NCBI GenBank assembly: GCA_964390115.1 | Contig: CAYMGT010000001.1 | Span: forward strand, 5,426 to 57,474 | From: an uncultured Gammaproteobacteria bacterium | GTDB lineage: Bacteria > Patescibacteriota > Patescibacteriia > Patescibacteriales > UBA12465 | Reading direction: 5' to 3' | DNA length: 52,049 bases | In this document: piece by piece, positions 9,428-17,256 of the stretch | How positions within the stretch are numbered: the stretch's first letter is position 1 | How the letters are laid out: each line of letters opens with the position of its first letter | Program-made: the position numbers and the translations under genes | Notes under the pieces: model-generated | What the model was told of the DNA's origin: nothing | What the model saw: the letters and a program-made list of their open reading frames with translations, nothing else | Database searches by the model: none

Positions 9428-12040
9428 CTATTTATAATCTTTTAATTTATTTACTTCTATTTCTAATTTTTTTAATTTTTCCCTCTCTGCATCAACAACG
9501 GCAACAGGCGCTTTATTTACAAAATTTTTATTCTTTAGTCTTAGTTGTATATTACAAATTAAATTCTCTAAATTATTAATTGCTTTGAGTCTCCTTTCAG
9601 CTTCTTTTTCTTTGTCTATAGCCCCAATTAAATATATCTCCATGTCTTCAAAAACTGTCTTAATCTCACCTTTTATAGGTTTTCCTGATAATTCTAAATT
9701 TAGAGAAGAAATGCCGGTACGTAAATTTTTTATAATAACAACCTCTTCTTTTATTTGGTTCATGCTTTTGTGAGCGTAAATCAGAGTTTTAATTTTTTTA
9801 GCTGGATCAACTTTATTTTCACTTCTTGCTTCTCTTATTTTAATAATAATATTTCTTACCTTCTCTATAACTAAACTAGCTTGTGTGAAATCATCAATAT
9901 TCTTTGAACTTATAAGCTTAGAGGCAGGCCAAGCTGCTATCATAAGCAGTTTTCTTTGTTTCATTTCTTGCCAAATTGCTTCGGAAACAAAAGGCATGAA
10001 AGGATGCCAAAGTTTTAATAAATTTTCTAAAATATAATTTAAAATTTCTCTTTTTTGTCCAGTTTTTTCAAATTTACTAATTTCGATATACCAGTCAGCT
10101 AAATCATTCCAAGTAAAATTTCTTAATTTCTCCCCTGCCATTGAAAAACGGTAATTATCTAAATCTTCAGAAACTTGTAGAATAAGCTTGTCAAAAGTCA
10201 AAAATATCCATTTGTCAGAATTAGTAAATTTTTTAAAATCTATACTTTCCAACTTGTCTCTACCCACTACATCGATAACGTATCTAGATACATTCCATAA
10301 TTTATTTACAAAATTTTTGTAACTAGCTATTTTTTCTTCATCTAAACGAAAATCGTTTCCCGAAGTAGTACCAATTAAAAGAGCTAATCTGGCTGAATCT
10401 GTGCCAAACTTGTCAATAATTTCAATTGGATCAATGCCATTGCCTTTAGATTTACTCATTTTTTTGCCGAATTTATCCAAAACCATACCGTGTAGATAAA
10501 CTGTTTCAAAGGGCACCTCAGATAAAGCAAACAGTGACATCATAACCATACGAGAAACCCATAGAGTTATAATCTCATAACCTGTCTCTAAAACCTGAGT
10601 AGGGTGATATTTTCTAAGTTCATCTTGCTTTAAATTATCTGGCCAACCTAAAGTAGAGAATGTCCACATACCTGAAGAAAACCAAGTATCTAGCGTATCC
10701 TCATCCTGCTTCCAGCCCTCTCCCTCAGGCGCTTTCTCACCTACATATATATCTTTTCCTCTATACCAAACAGGTATTCTATGGCCAAACCAAATTTGAC
10801 GAGAAATACACCAGTCATGTAAGTTCTCCATCCAATCCTTATATCTCTTTTCAAATCTATTTGGCACTATTTTTATTGTTTTTTTCTCTACCACCTCTAA
10901 AGCTTTCTCTTTTAAAGACTTATTACTCAGACTAGGCAATTTTTTGTTAACTGAGATAAACCATTGTTTTGAAGGAAGTGGCTCAATTGGACTATCGCAT
11001 CGATAACAAACTGATAAATTATTATCTATCTCTTCTTCTTTCTCAATTAAATTCAGTTTCATTAATTTAGAAACAATCATTTCTCTGGCTTTTTTAACTG
11101 TTTTACCAGAATATTCATTCAGACCTTCTCTAATTTTAGCCTCTTCGTTAATAATTTTTATCGTCTCTAGTTTATGTTTTTGAGCCATTTGCCAGTCAAC
11201 TAAAGAATGTGCTGGAGTTACTCCCAAGGCTCCAGTGCCAAATTTAGAGTCCACGTGTCTATCGGCAATAATTTTTATTTTTAAATTTATACCAACAAAA
11301 TTAACAGAAAAAGTCTGTCCAATATATTTTTGATATCTTTTGTCTTGAGGGTTAACTGCTACAGCCGTATCCCCTAATTTAGTTTCTGGCCTAGTAGTAG
11401 AAATAGAAAAAGGAAAATCATCGCTATATTTAAAAGTGTATAGTTTGGCTCTCTGTTCTTTATATTCAACCTCATCGTCTGATAGAGTGGAGTGACAACG
11501 CGGGCACCAATTTACCACCCTCTCTCCCTTATAGATTATTCCTTGTTTGTACATGTCCACAAACATTTTCCGAACCGCTTTTTGCCTTGGCTCATCTAAG
11601 GTAAAAGCTAAACGACTCCAATCTAAAGAAGCTCCCAACCTTTTAATTTGACTTAAAATTGTATTTTGAGTTTTTATGGCAAAATCATTCACCTCCTTTA
11701 AAAATTTATCTCTACCTAAATCATGTCTATTTTTTCCAGTTTCCTTAAACAATCTCTTTTCTACTACATTTTGAGTAGCAATAGCGGCGTGATCAGTTCC
11801 TGGTATCCATAGGGCTCTATATCCTTTTAAGCGATGGTATCTAATAAGAAGATCCTCAATAGCTATAGTTGAGGCATGACCCATGTGAAGCTTATCAGTA
11901 ACATTAGGTGGTGGCAAAACAATTGTGTAGCTTAAAGCTGTCTCGGGTAAGTCTAAATTGTCAGGATTAAAATATCCCGACTTAATCCATTTGTCATAAA
12001 TATTTTTCTCGTATTTATTTGGTTGATAGGCTTTTTCCAT
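9428..12040 (-). CDS. valS: Valine--tRNA ligase
   Basis: Class I signatures LHMGHA and KKMSKSKGN, an editing domain and a C-terminal coiled coil. I moved the start to Met37 (MEKAYQPNKYEKNIYDKW; ATG at 12040-12038), because the 36 upstream codons are low-complexity I/Y/N sequence. Confidence 0.93.
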   Translation of the reverse strand: MEKAYQPNKYEKNIYDKWIKSGYFNPDNLDLPETALSYTIVLPPPNVTDKLHMGHASTIAIEDLLIRYHRLKGYRALWIPGTDHAAIATQNVVEKRLFKETGKNRHDLGRDKFLKEVNDFAIKTQNTILSQIKRLGASLDWSRLAFTLDEPRQKAVRKMFVDMYKQGIIYKGERVVNWCPRCHSTLSDDEVEYKEQRAKLYTFKYSDDFPFSISTTRPETKLGDTAVAVNPQDKRYQKYIGQTFSVNFVGINLKIKIIADRHVDSKFGTGALGVTPAHSLVDWQMAQKHKLETIKIINEEAKIREGLNEYSGKTVKKAREMIVSKLMKLNLIEKEEEIDNNLSVCYRCDSPIEPLPSKQWFISVNKKLPSLSNKSLKEKALEVVEKKTIKIVPNRFEKRYKDWMENLHDWCISRQIWFGHRIPVWYRGKDIYVGEKAPEGEGWKQDEDTLDTWFSSGMWTFSTLGWPDNLKQDELRKYHPTQVLETGYEIITLWVSRMVMMSLFALSEVPFETVYLHGMVLDKFGKKMSKSKGNGIDPIEIIDKFGTDSARLALLIGTTSGNDFRLDEEKIASYKNFVNKLWNVSRYVIDVVGRDKLESIDFKKFTNSDKWIFLTFDKLILQVSEDLDNYRFSMAGEKLRNFTWNDLADWYIEISKFEKTGQKREILNYILENLLKLWHPFMPFVSEAIWQEMKQRKLLMIAAWPASKLISSKNIDDFTQASLVIEKVRNIIIKIREARSENKVDPAKKIKTLIYAHKSMNQIKEEVVIIKNLRTGISSLNLELSGKPIKGEIKTVFEDMEIYLIGAIDKEKEAERRLKAINNLENLICNIQLRLKNKNFVNKAPVAVVDAEREKLKKLEIEVNKLKDYK

Positions 12041-12162
12041 ACTACTTAGCCTAACAAAAAATAGTTTCTCTGGCAAGCTATTATAATAAATATAGTTGCT
12101 TGACACTGCTCTATATATAATATATATTATATTAATTAACTTAAACATAATCTATAATTTTA

Positions 12163-13332
12163 ATGCTTGAAATAGAAGAACAGATTTTGCGACAAATTGA
12201 AAAATCAGAAAACATATTGATTACTTTTCCGGTAGATTGGAATGGAGATGCTATTGCTAGCTCTCTGGCTTTATTTTTATATTTAAAAAAATTAAACAAA
12301 AAAGTTGTTTTAGCTGCCGACAAATCTTTATCGGATCAATCTGAAGAAATATCATCAGCTAAAATTTTTTCTTTTCTACCTGAAATATCTAAGATAAAAA
12401 ATGATTTAGATAGTGTTAGAAAATTTATTGTCAGTTTAGATATTAAGAACGCTAAAGTGGATAAAATAAAATACACTTTAGAGAAGGATAAGCTAAATTT
12501 TATAATTTCACCCAAAGAAGGTTTTTTTTCTTCTAAAGATATTAGTTCACAAAGTAGTGGTTTTCGCTATGACTTAATTATAACCATAAATGCAACAGAT
12601 TTAGAATCCTTAGGAAAAATTTATGATAATAATATAGAATTTTTCTATAAAACATCTATAATAAACATTGATCACCAAGCTAGTAATGAGGAATTTGGAC
12701 AAATTAATTTAATTGATTTAAACTCAGTAGCTACAGCAGAAATAATATTTTCTCTTTTAAAAGAAAGGTCTACTGATAATATTAATGAAGACATTGCTAC
12801 TTGTCTGCTAGCTGGAATTATTTATAACAGTAAGAGTTTTAAAACACCAAACTTAACACCAAAAACTCTGTTATCAACTTCTCAACTTATAAACCTTGGG
12901 GCTAGACGAGAAGAAATTATTAACGAATTATATAGATCACGAAGCCTTGAGTCTCTCAAATTATGGGGGAAAGTTCTTAGTAATTTAATTTCTTTAGATA
13001 ACAATCATATTATTTACTCCCACTTATCTCAAGAAGATTTTAGCCAAACTAACACTGAGTCAAACCATCTTCTTTCAGTAGTTGACGAATTAATAGCTAA
13101 TATACCAAGTGCTAAAATTATAGCTATTTTTTACCCTCACCCTAAGCATAAGGAACGAACTAATTTCTTTCTTTACTCAGTAAAAAATATAAATTCTTTA
13201 GAAATTGCCAAAGAATACGAACCTCAGGGAACACAAAAAATTATACAAGGAAAAATTAATAAAAATCTAGAAGAAGCTCAAAAAGAAATTCTAAATACAA
13301 TAAAAAATAAACTTGCGCAAATACCTATATAA
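12163..13332 (+). CDS. DHH/DHHA1-family (NrnA-like) protein with degenerate catalytic motifs
   Basis: Overall NrnA-like layout. Motif I reads VDWNGDAIAS, motif III reads IDHQ instead of DHH, motif IV reads IYNSKSF instead of DTGGF, and no GGGH is recognisable in the DHHA1 part. Confidence 0.65.
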   Translation: MLEIEEQILRQIEKSENILITFPVDWNGDAIASSLALFLYLKKLNKKVVLAADKSLSDQSEEISSAKIFSFLPEISKIKNDLDSVRKFIVSLDIKNAKVDKIKYTLEKDKLNFIISPKEGFFSSKDISSQSSGFRYDLIITINATDLESLGKIYDNNIEFFYKTSIINIDHQASNEEFGQINLIDLNSVATAEIIFSLLKERSTDNINEDIATCLLAGIIYNSKSFKTPNLTPKTLLSTSQLINLGARREEIINELYRSRSLESLKLWGKVLSNLISLDNNHIIYSHLSQEDFSQTNTESNHLLSVVDELIANIPSAKIIAIFYPHPKHKERTNFFLYSVKNINSLEIAKEYEPQGTQKIIQGKINKNLEEAQKEILNTIKNKLAQIPI

Positions 13333-13356
13333 TGATAAATTATATTTGTAAATTTA

Positions 13357-13429
13357 GCGCCTATAGCTCAGGGGTTAGAGCACTGCTCTTATAAAGCAGG
13401 GGTCGATGGTTCAATTCCATCTAGGCGCA
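13357..13429 (+). tRNA. tRNA-Ile, anticodon UAU
   Basis: Manual cloverleaf: acceptor GCGCCTA/TAGGCGC, D stem GCTC/GAGC, anticodon stem CTGCT/AGCAG, loop CTTATAA (U33, anticodon TAT, A37), T arm GATGG-TTCAATT-CCATC, discriminator A. CCA is not encoded. Confidence 0.85.
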
Positions 13430-13440
13430 CTGCCAAAAAA

Positions 13441-13465
13441 ACTCTTGATCATAAAGAGTTTTTTA
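13441..13465 (+). terminator. Weak intrinsic terminator after tRNA-Ile
   Basis: ACTCTT 13441-13446 pairs with AAGAGT 13454-13459, flanked by an A run and a T run (13460-13465). Confidence 0.4.
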
Positions 13466-13526
13466 TTACCCTAAACCTATTATTATTTATTTACTTTTTT
13501 ATCTAAAAGTGCTAATTTTAAATTAG

Positions 13527-13600
13527 GGGTTTATAGCTCAGTTGGTTAGAGTGCTACGTTGACATCGTAGAGGTCCCCTGTTCGAGTCAGGGTAAACCCA
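13527..13600 (+). tRNA. tRNA-Val, anticodon GAC
   Basis: Acceptor GGGTTTA/TAAACCC, D stem GCTC/GAGT, anticodon stem CTACG/CGTAG, loop TTGACAT, T arm CCCTG-TTCGAGT-CAGGG, discriminator A. CCA is not encoded. Confidence 0.9.
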
Positions 13601-13622
13601 CTTTTAAAAACTTAATTTATCT

Positions 13623-14021
13623 ATGCAAAATAAAATTATAGATACTAGCCATATAAAAGAAGATAAATGGTTGGAACAAAATTATAACAAAGAAGGACAG
13701 TTAGCTATTGATGTTTATGAAACTGATCTAATTATTATTATAAAATCTACTATCGCTGGAGTAAATCCTGAAGATTTAAACATATCACTCAGTAATGATA
13801 TGCTAACAATTAAAGGTAAACGGGATTTAAATTTACCCGAGGAATTAAATGATGATAATTGCCTCTACCAAGAATGCTATTGGGGACGATTTTCCAGATC
13901 AATAATTTTACCAACCGAAATAAATGAAAGCACTATTGACGCCACTTTAGAAGATGGTGTTTTAACAATAATCTTACATAAACTAAAAAAACCTGAAAGA
14001 ATAGAAGTTAAAGTAAAATAA
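13623..14021 (+). CDS. Small heat-shock protein, Hsp20/alpha-crystallin family
   Basis: Alpha-crystallin domain: LAIDVYETD...LTIKGKR...GRFSRSIILPTEINESTIDATLEDGVLTIILHK. Confidence 0.88.
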   Translation: MQNKIIDTSHIKEDKWLEQNYNKEGQLAIDVYETDLIIIIKSTIAGVNPEDLNISLSNDMLTIKGKRDLNLPEELNDDNCLYQECYWGRFSRSIILPTEINESTIDATLEDGVLTIILHKLKKPERIEVKVK

Positions 14022-14025
14022 TTTT

Positions 14026-14238
14026 ATGAATTTAATTTTTACCCTAGATAAAATAGAAAAAGATCAAGCTTTTCTATCTAACCACGATAACGAAAGTTTA
14101 AAAATAAATACAAAAAATTTACCAGAAAATTTAAAAATTGAGGACAAACTTTTATTACACTTGGAACCTGTATCTAATTCAAATAACGAAAGTTTAGCAA
14201 AAAAAATATTAAATTCGGCTTTAAAAGCTGACAATTAG
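14026..14238 (+). CDS. Small hypothetical protein (DUF3006-like pattern)
   Basis: 70 aa, starting 4 nt after hsp20. The pattern LDKIEKDQAFL...NLPENLKIEDKLLLHL resembles DUF3006. The stop is TAG. Confidence 0.4.
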   Translation: MNLIFTLDKIEKDQAFLSNHDNESLKINTKNLPENLKIEDKLLLHLEPVSNSNNESLAKKILNSALKADN

Positions 14239-14243
14239 CTATA

Positions 14244-16082
14244 ATGAAGCAATTGAGTCAAAAACAATGGATAGGTCTTTTAATTATAGCGACAATGATA
14301 GTCGCTTATTTTAGTTTAGAGATAATCTACCATAACAGAGTTTATCCTGGAGTAAAACTAGGAAATATTAAAGTCAGCGGTCTAAATAAAGCCGAACTGG
14401 ATATTATTTTAAATAATAAAATTTCAAATTTTGAAAAAAATGGCCTTACTTTCTATTATCAAGGAAATAAAACAATCATACAGCCTAAAACCCTATCTTT
14501 TGATCCAGATTTATCTCACTCGCTAATTGATTTTAATTTTAAAAAAACTAGTTTAAAAGCAATAAATTGGGGGCGAGAAGGTAATTTAAAAGATAAAATT
14601 AGCCAAAGGCTTATAGCCTTATTTCAAGGCAAAACAATCATTTTAAGTTATAATTTAAAAGAAGAGGAGATAATAAAATTGCTTCGAGAGAACTATAATA
14701 ATTTAGAATTTCCAGCTCAAAACGCTGAACTTGAAATTATAATAAACGATACAAAAAGACAAATAAATATAAAACCTGAAAAATTAGGAAAAGTAATAAA
14801 ATATGAAAATGCTTTAGATCAGCTAAAATTTAATTTAGATAATCTAAGAGATGAACATATTACTTTAAAAGATAAAACTAATTATCCAAGTATATATAAA
14901 GAAGAAACTGTTAACCTGGATACTAAAATTGCAGAAATATTAAATAAAACACCTCTTAATTTATCTTCAGCTAATAAACAGTGGCAGATAAATGAATATC
15001 TTTTAGCCACTTGGTTAACTTTAAAAAAAATAAATAATAATATTAAAATTGATTTAAATGAAGAAAAAATCTCCGACTATTTACAAGATGAGATTGCTCC
15101 CAACATAGATAGAAAACCTGTAAAAGCTGAATTTACTATTGAAGATGACAAAGTAACCTCTTTCCAAATTGCTGAAAAGGGTATGAAATTAATAATAGAT
15201 AGTAATATAGAAAAAATTATAGAAGAACTTTTACAAACTAATGAAAAAAATATTCCTTTAATAGTCTCTGAAATAGCTTATCAAACATCAAATAATTTAG
15301 ACTTAGGTATAAAAGAAGTAATTGGAACAGGGCATTCTAATTTTTCCGGTTCTTCAGCTAGTAGAAGAACGAATATTGAAGTTGGGGCGGAAACTCTAAA
15401 CGGAATGCTTATAAAGCCTGGACAAGAATTCTCTTTAGTTGAGTCTCTTGGCGATATAGATGCCCAAGCTGGTTACCTGCCAGAGTTGGTTATAAAAGGT
15501 AATGAGACTATTGCTGAATATGGGGGAGGACTTTGCCAAATTGGTACCACTGTTTTTAGAACTGCTCTAGCTACAGGGTTACCAATAACAGACAGAAGAA
15601 ATCATTCCTACCGAGTCTCCTACTATGAACCCGCTGGTACAGATGCTACTATATATGATCCCACACCCGATTTTAAATTCATAAATGACACTTCTAATTA
15701 CATAATGATTCAATACAGAATAGAAAACAATGATATATACTTTGATTTTTGGGGCACATCAGACAACAGAATCGCTAGCACCACTTATCCAACTATATAC
15801 AATATCACAGCGCCTCCGTCAACTAAATATATAGAGACAGATACTTTAGCTCCTAAAAAAATAAAATGCACCGAAAGAGCTCACAATGGAGCGGATGCAT
15901 TTTTTGACTATACAGTAACTTATCCCGAAACTAATGAAAAAATTGCGGAAATTAAAGAAAAAAGATTCTACTCTCATTATGTCCCTTGGCAAGAAGTTTG
16001 TTTAATCGGTAAAGAAGAAGCTTCAACTAGTACTGAGATAATTATTGAAAATAAACCAGAGACGGAAATTTCATCGGAATAA
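14244..16082 (+). CDS. VanW-domain envelope protein with N-terminal membrane anchor
   Basis: N-terminal TM helix plus a VanW core: GGGLCQIGTTVFRTALATGLPITDRRNHSYRVSYYEPAGTDATIY...DFKFINDT. Confidence 0.85.
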   Translation: MKQLSQKQWIGLLIIATMIVAYFSLEIIYHNRVYPGVKLGNIKVSGLNKAELDIILNNKISNFEKNGLTFYYQGNKTIIQPKTLSFDPDLSHSLIDFNFKKTSLKAINWGREGNLKDKISQRLIALFQGKTIILSYNLKEEEIIKLLRENYNNLEFPAQNAELEIIINDTKRQINIKPEKLGKVIKYENALDQLKFNLDNLRDEHITLKDKTNYPSIYKEETVNLDTKIAEILNKTPLNLSSANKQWQINEYLLATWLTLKKINNNIKIDLNEEKISDYLQDEIAPNIDRKPVKAEFTIEDDKVTSFQIAEKGMKLIIDSNIEKIIEELLQTNEKNIPLIVSEIAYQTSNNLDLGIKEVIGTGHSNFSGSSASRRTNIEVGAETLNGMLIKPGQEFSLVESLGDIDAQAGYLPELVIKGNETIAEYGGGLCQIGTTVFRTALATGLPITDRRNHSYRVSYYEPAGTDATIYDPTPDFKFINDTSNYIMIQYRIENNDIYFDFWGTSDNRIASTTYPTIYNITAPPSTKYIETDTLAPKKIKCTERAHNGADAFFDYTVTYPETNEKIAEIKEKRFYSHYVPWQEVCLIGKEEASTSTEIIIENKPETEISSE

Positions 16083-16084
16083 TA

Positions 16085-16231
16085 ACAAAAAAGATCATCT
16101 CTAACGGGCTAGGCAAGAAAACCATCTCTAGGTGTTTTTAAGCCTAAGCCTAAAAATCCTCAGAAAATGACCTCCCCATGCTTGTCGTGTGCCTGACCCG
16201 TTACAAATGACCTTTCTTTCTTTATTCACAT
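16085..16231 (-). ncRNA. Candidate rod-like small RNA of about 147 nt (unclassified, loosely 6S-like architecture)
   Basis: It lies between convergent genes, has no ORF, and is less AT-rich than its flanks. Closing helix 16095-16115 / 16190-16210 gives 19/21 pairs on the minus strand and 18/21 on the plus strand, and is extended by 16087-16094 / 16211-16218. Apical hairpin 16135-16143 / 16148-16156 has a UUAG loop. A consensus minus-strand promoter lies upstream and a U6 tract lies at the 3' end. Confidence 0.45.
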
Positions 16232-16237
16232 CAATGA

Positions 16238-16266
16238 ATTATAGCAAATGAAAATAGACTTGTCAA
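16238..16266 (-). promoter_or_regulatory. Consensus sigma70-type promoter on the minus strand
   Basis: On the minus strand: TTGACA (16266-16261), a 17-nt spacer, then TGc-TATAAT (16243-16238). Both hexamers are perfect and an extended -10 TG is present. Confidence 0.5.
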
Positions 16267-16298
16267 CAGTTTCCACTTATACTGTAAAATAACTCAAT

Positions 16299-17111
16299 TT
16301 AAAGATTAAAAACCACATCTTTTTTATTTTCTGTGCTTTTTATTTTAATACCCTCTTTCTCAACTCTTAAAACTGTTTCTTTACCAGGAAAGCCGTATCT
16401 ATTGGCTTTTCCCACCGTAAAAACAATAACCCCTGGATTAACTTGTCTCAAAAAAGACAAAGAATTAGAATATTTTGACCCATGATGACAAGCTTTCAAA
16501 ACATCAGCTGATAAATTTTTTTTATGAGTTATCAAGAGTTTTTCCACAGCCTCAGTTATATCACCTGTAAAAAGAAATGATAAATTTTTACAATTAAATT
16601 TAGCTACGATTGAAAGATCATTTAAATCAGATTTATCACTTATTTCTTTAAAGGGCCATAAAAAATTTAAATTACAATTTTCTATTAATAGGCTATTTAC
16701 ATCTAAAATATTTATCATTTCTACTTCTGCTGTGCTGAGAGTTAAAATCATCTCTCTGTAGGCAATATCTGTAAAGTTATGATGATAGTAATATATTTTT
16801 TTTACCTTATATCGTCTAATTACTTCAGCCAAACCAATGAAATGATCATGATGAGCATGGCTTAAAATAATAACATCCAATGTTCTATTTAAGAATGGTA
16901 AATTTCTATCTAATCCTTTTATAACCTCCCAATCGGGTCCACCATCAATTAAAATATTATTTCCTGCTACTGACAATAAAACCGCATCACCTTGTCCCAC
17001 TGACAGAAAAACCACTTTATCTTTTGAAAAAACTAATTCTAATATAAAATATACTATAATTGTAGATAATATTAATAATAAAAGAATTATTTTCTTTTTA
17101 ATTGTCGCCAT
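16299..17111 (-). CDS. Standalone ComEC/Rec2-type metallo-beta-lactamase domain protein with a single N-terminal TM helix
   Basis: VFLSVGQGDAVLL, ILIDGGPD, ILSHAHHDHFIGL, FTGDIT, ACHHGSKYSNS and VGKANRYGFPGKE match the C-terminal MBL nuclease domain of ComEC. No competence-channel TM bundle is present. Confidence 0.75.
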   Translation of the reverse strand: MATIKKKIILLLLILSTIIVYFILELVFSKDKVVFLSVGQGDAVLLSVAGNNILIDGGPDWEVIKGLDRNLPFLNRTLDVIILSHAHHDHFIGLAEVIRRYKVKKIYYYHHNFTDIAYREMILTLSTAEVEMINILDVNSLLIENCNLNFLWPFKEISDKSDLNDLSIVAKFNCKNLSFLFTGDITEAVEKLLITHKKNLSADVLKACHHGSKYSNSLSFLRQVNPGVIVFTVGKANRYGFPGKETVLRVEKEGIKIKSTENKKDVVFNL

Positions 17112-17256
17112 GTTTAATACTCTAGCCTTAATACACTGAAGAAAAAATAAAGTTTATAAAAAATTAAGCAAAATTAGTAAAAAATCCCAACAATTCTTGG
17201 TTAAATACAAGTAGATTTATAAATATGTTTAGAAAATAATAATCCAAAACCTCATT

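Noticed and set aside
12041-12148. 36-codon N-terminal extension of the valS ORF (MFKLINIIYIIYRAVSSNYIYYNSLPEKLFFVRLSS)
   Set aside because: It is low-complexity AT-driven sequence with no counterpart in ValRS. The conserved N-terminus starts at Met37. The extension would also consume the divergent promoter region shared with the DHH gene.
16141-16152. Tandem AGCCTA AGCCTA direct repeat
   Set aside because: It has only two copies, and these are fully explained as the two strands and loop of the apical hairpin of the candidate RNA. It is not a repeat array.
16085-16231. Identification of the structured RNA as SRP (4.5S) RNA
   Set aside because: Neither strand contains the domain IV hallmarks, namely a GNRA (GGAA) tetraloop flanked by the conserved AGCA / GGAA-type symmetric loop. 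The apical loop here is UUAG on an A/U stem. tmRNA and RNase P RNA are excluded by size.
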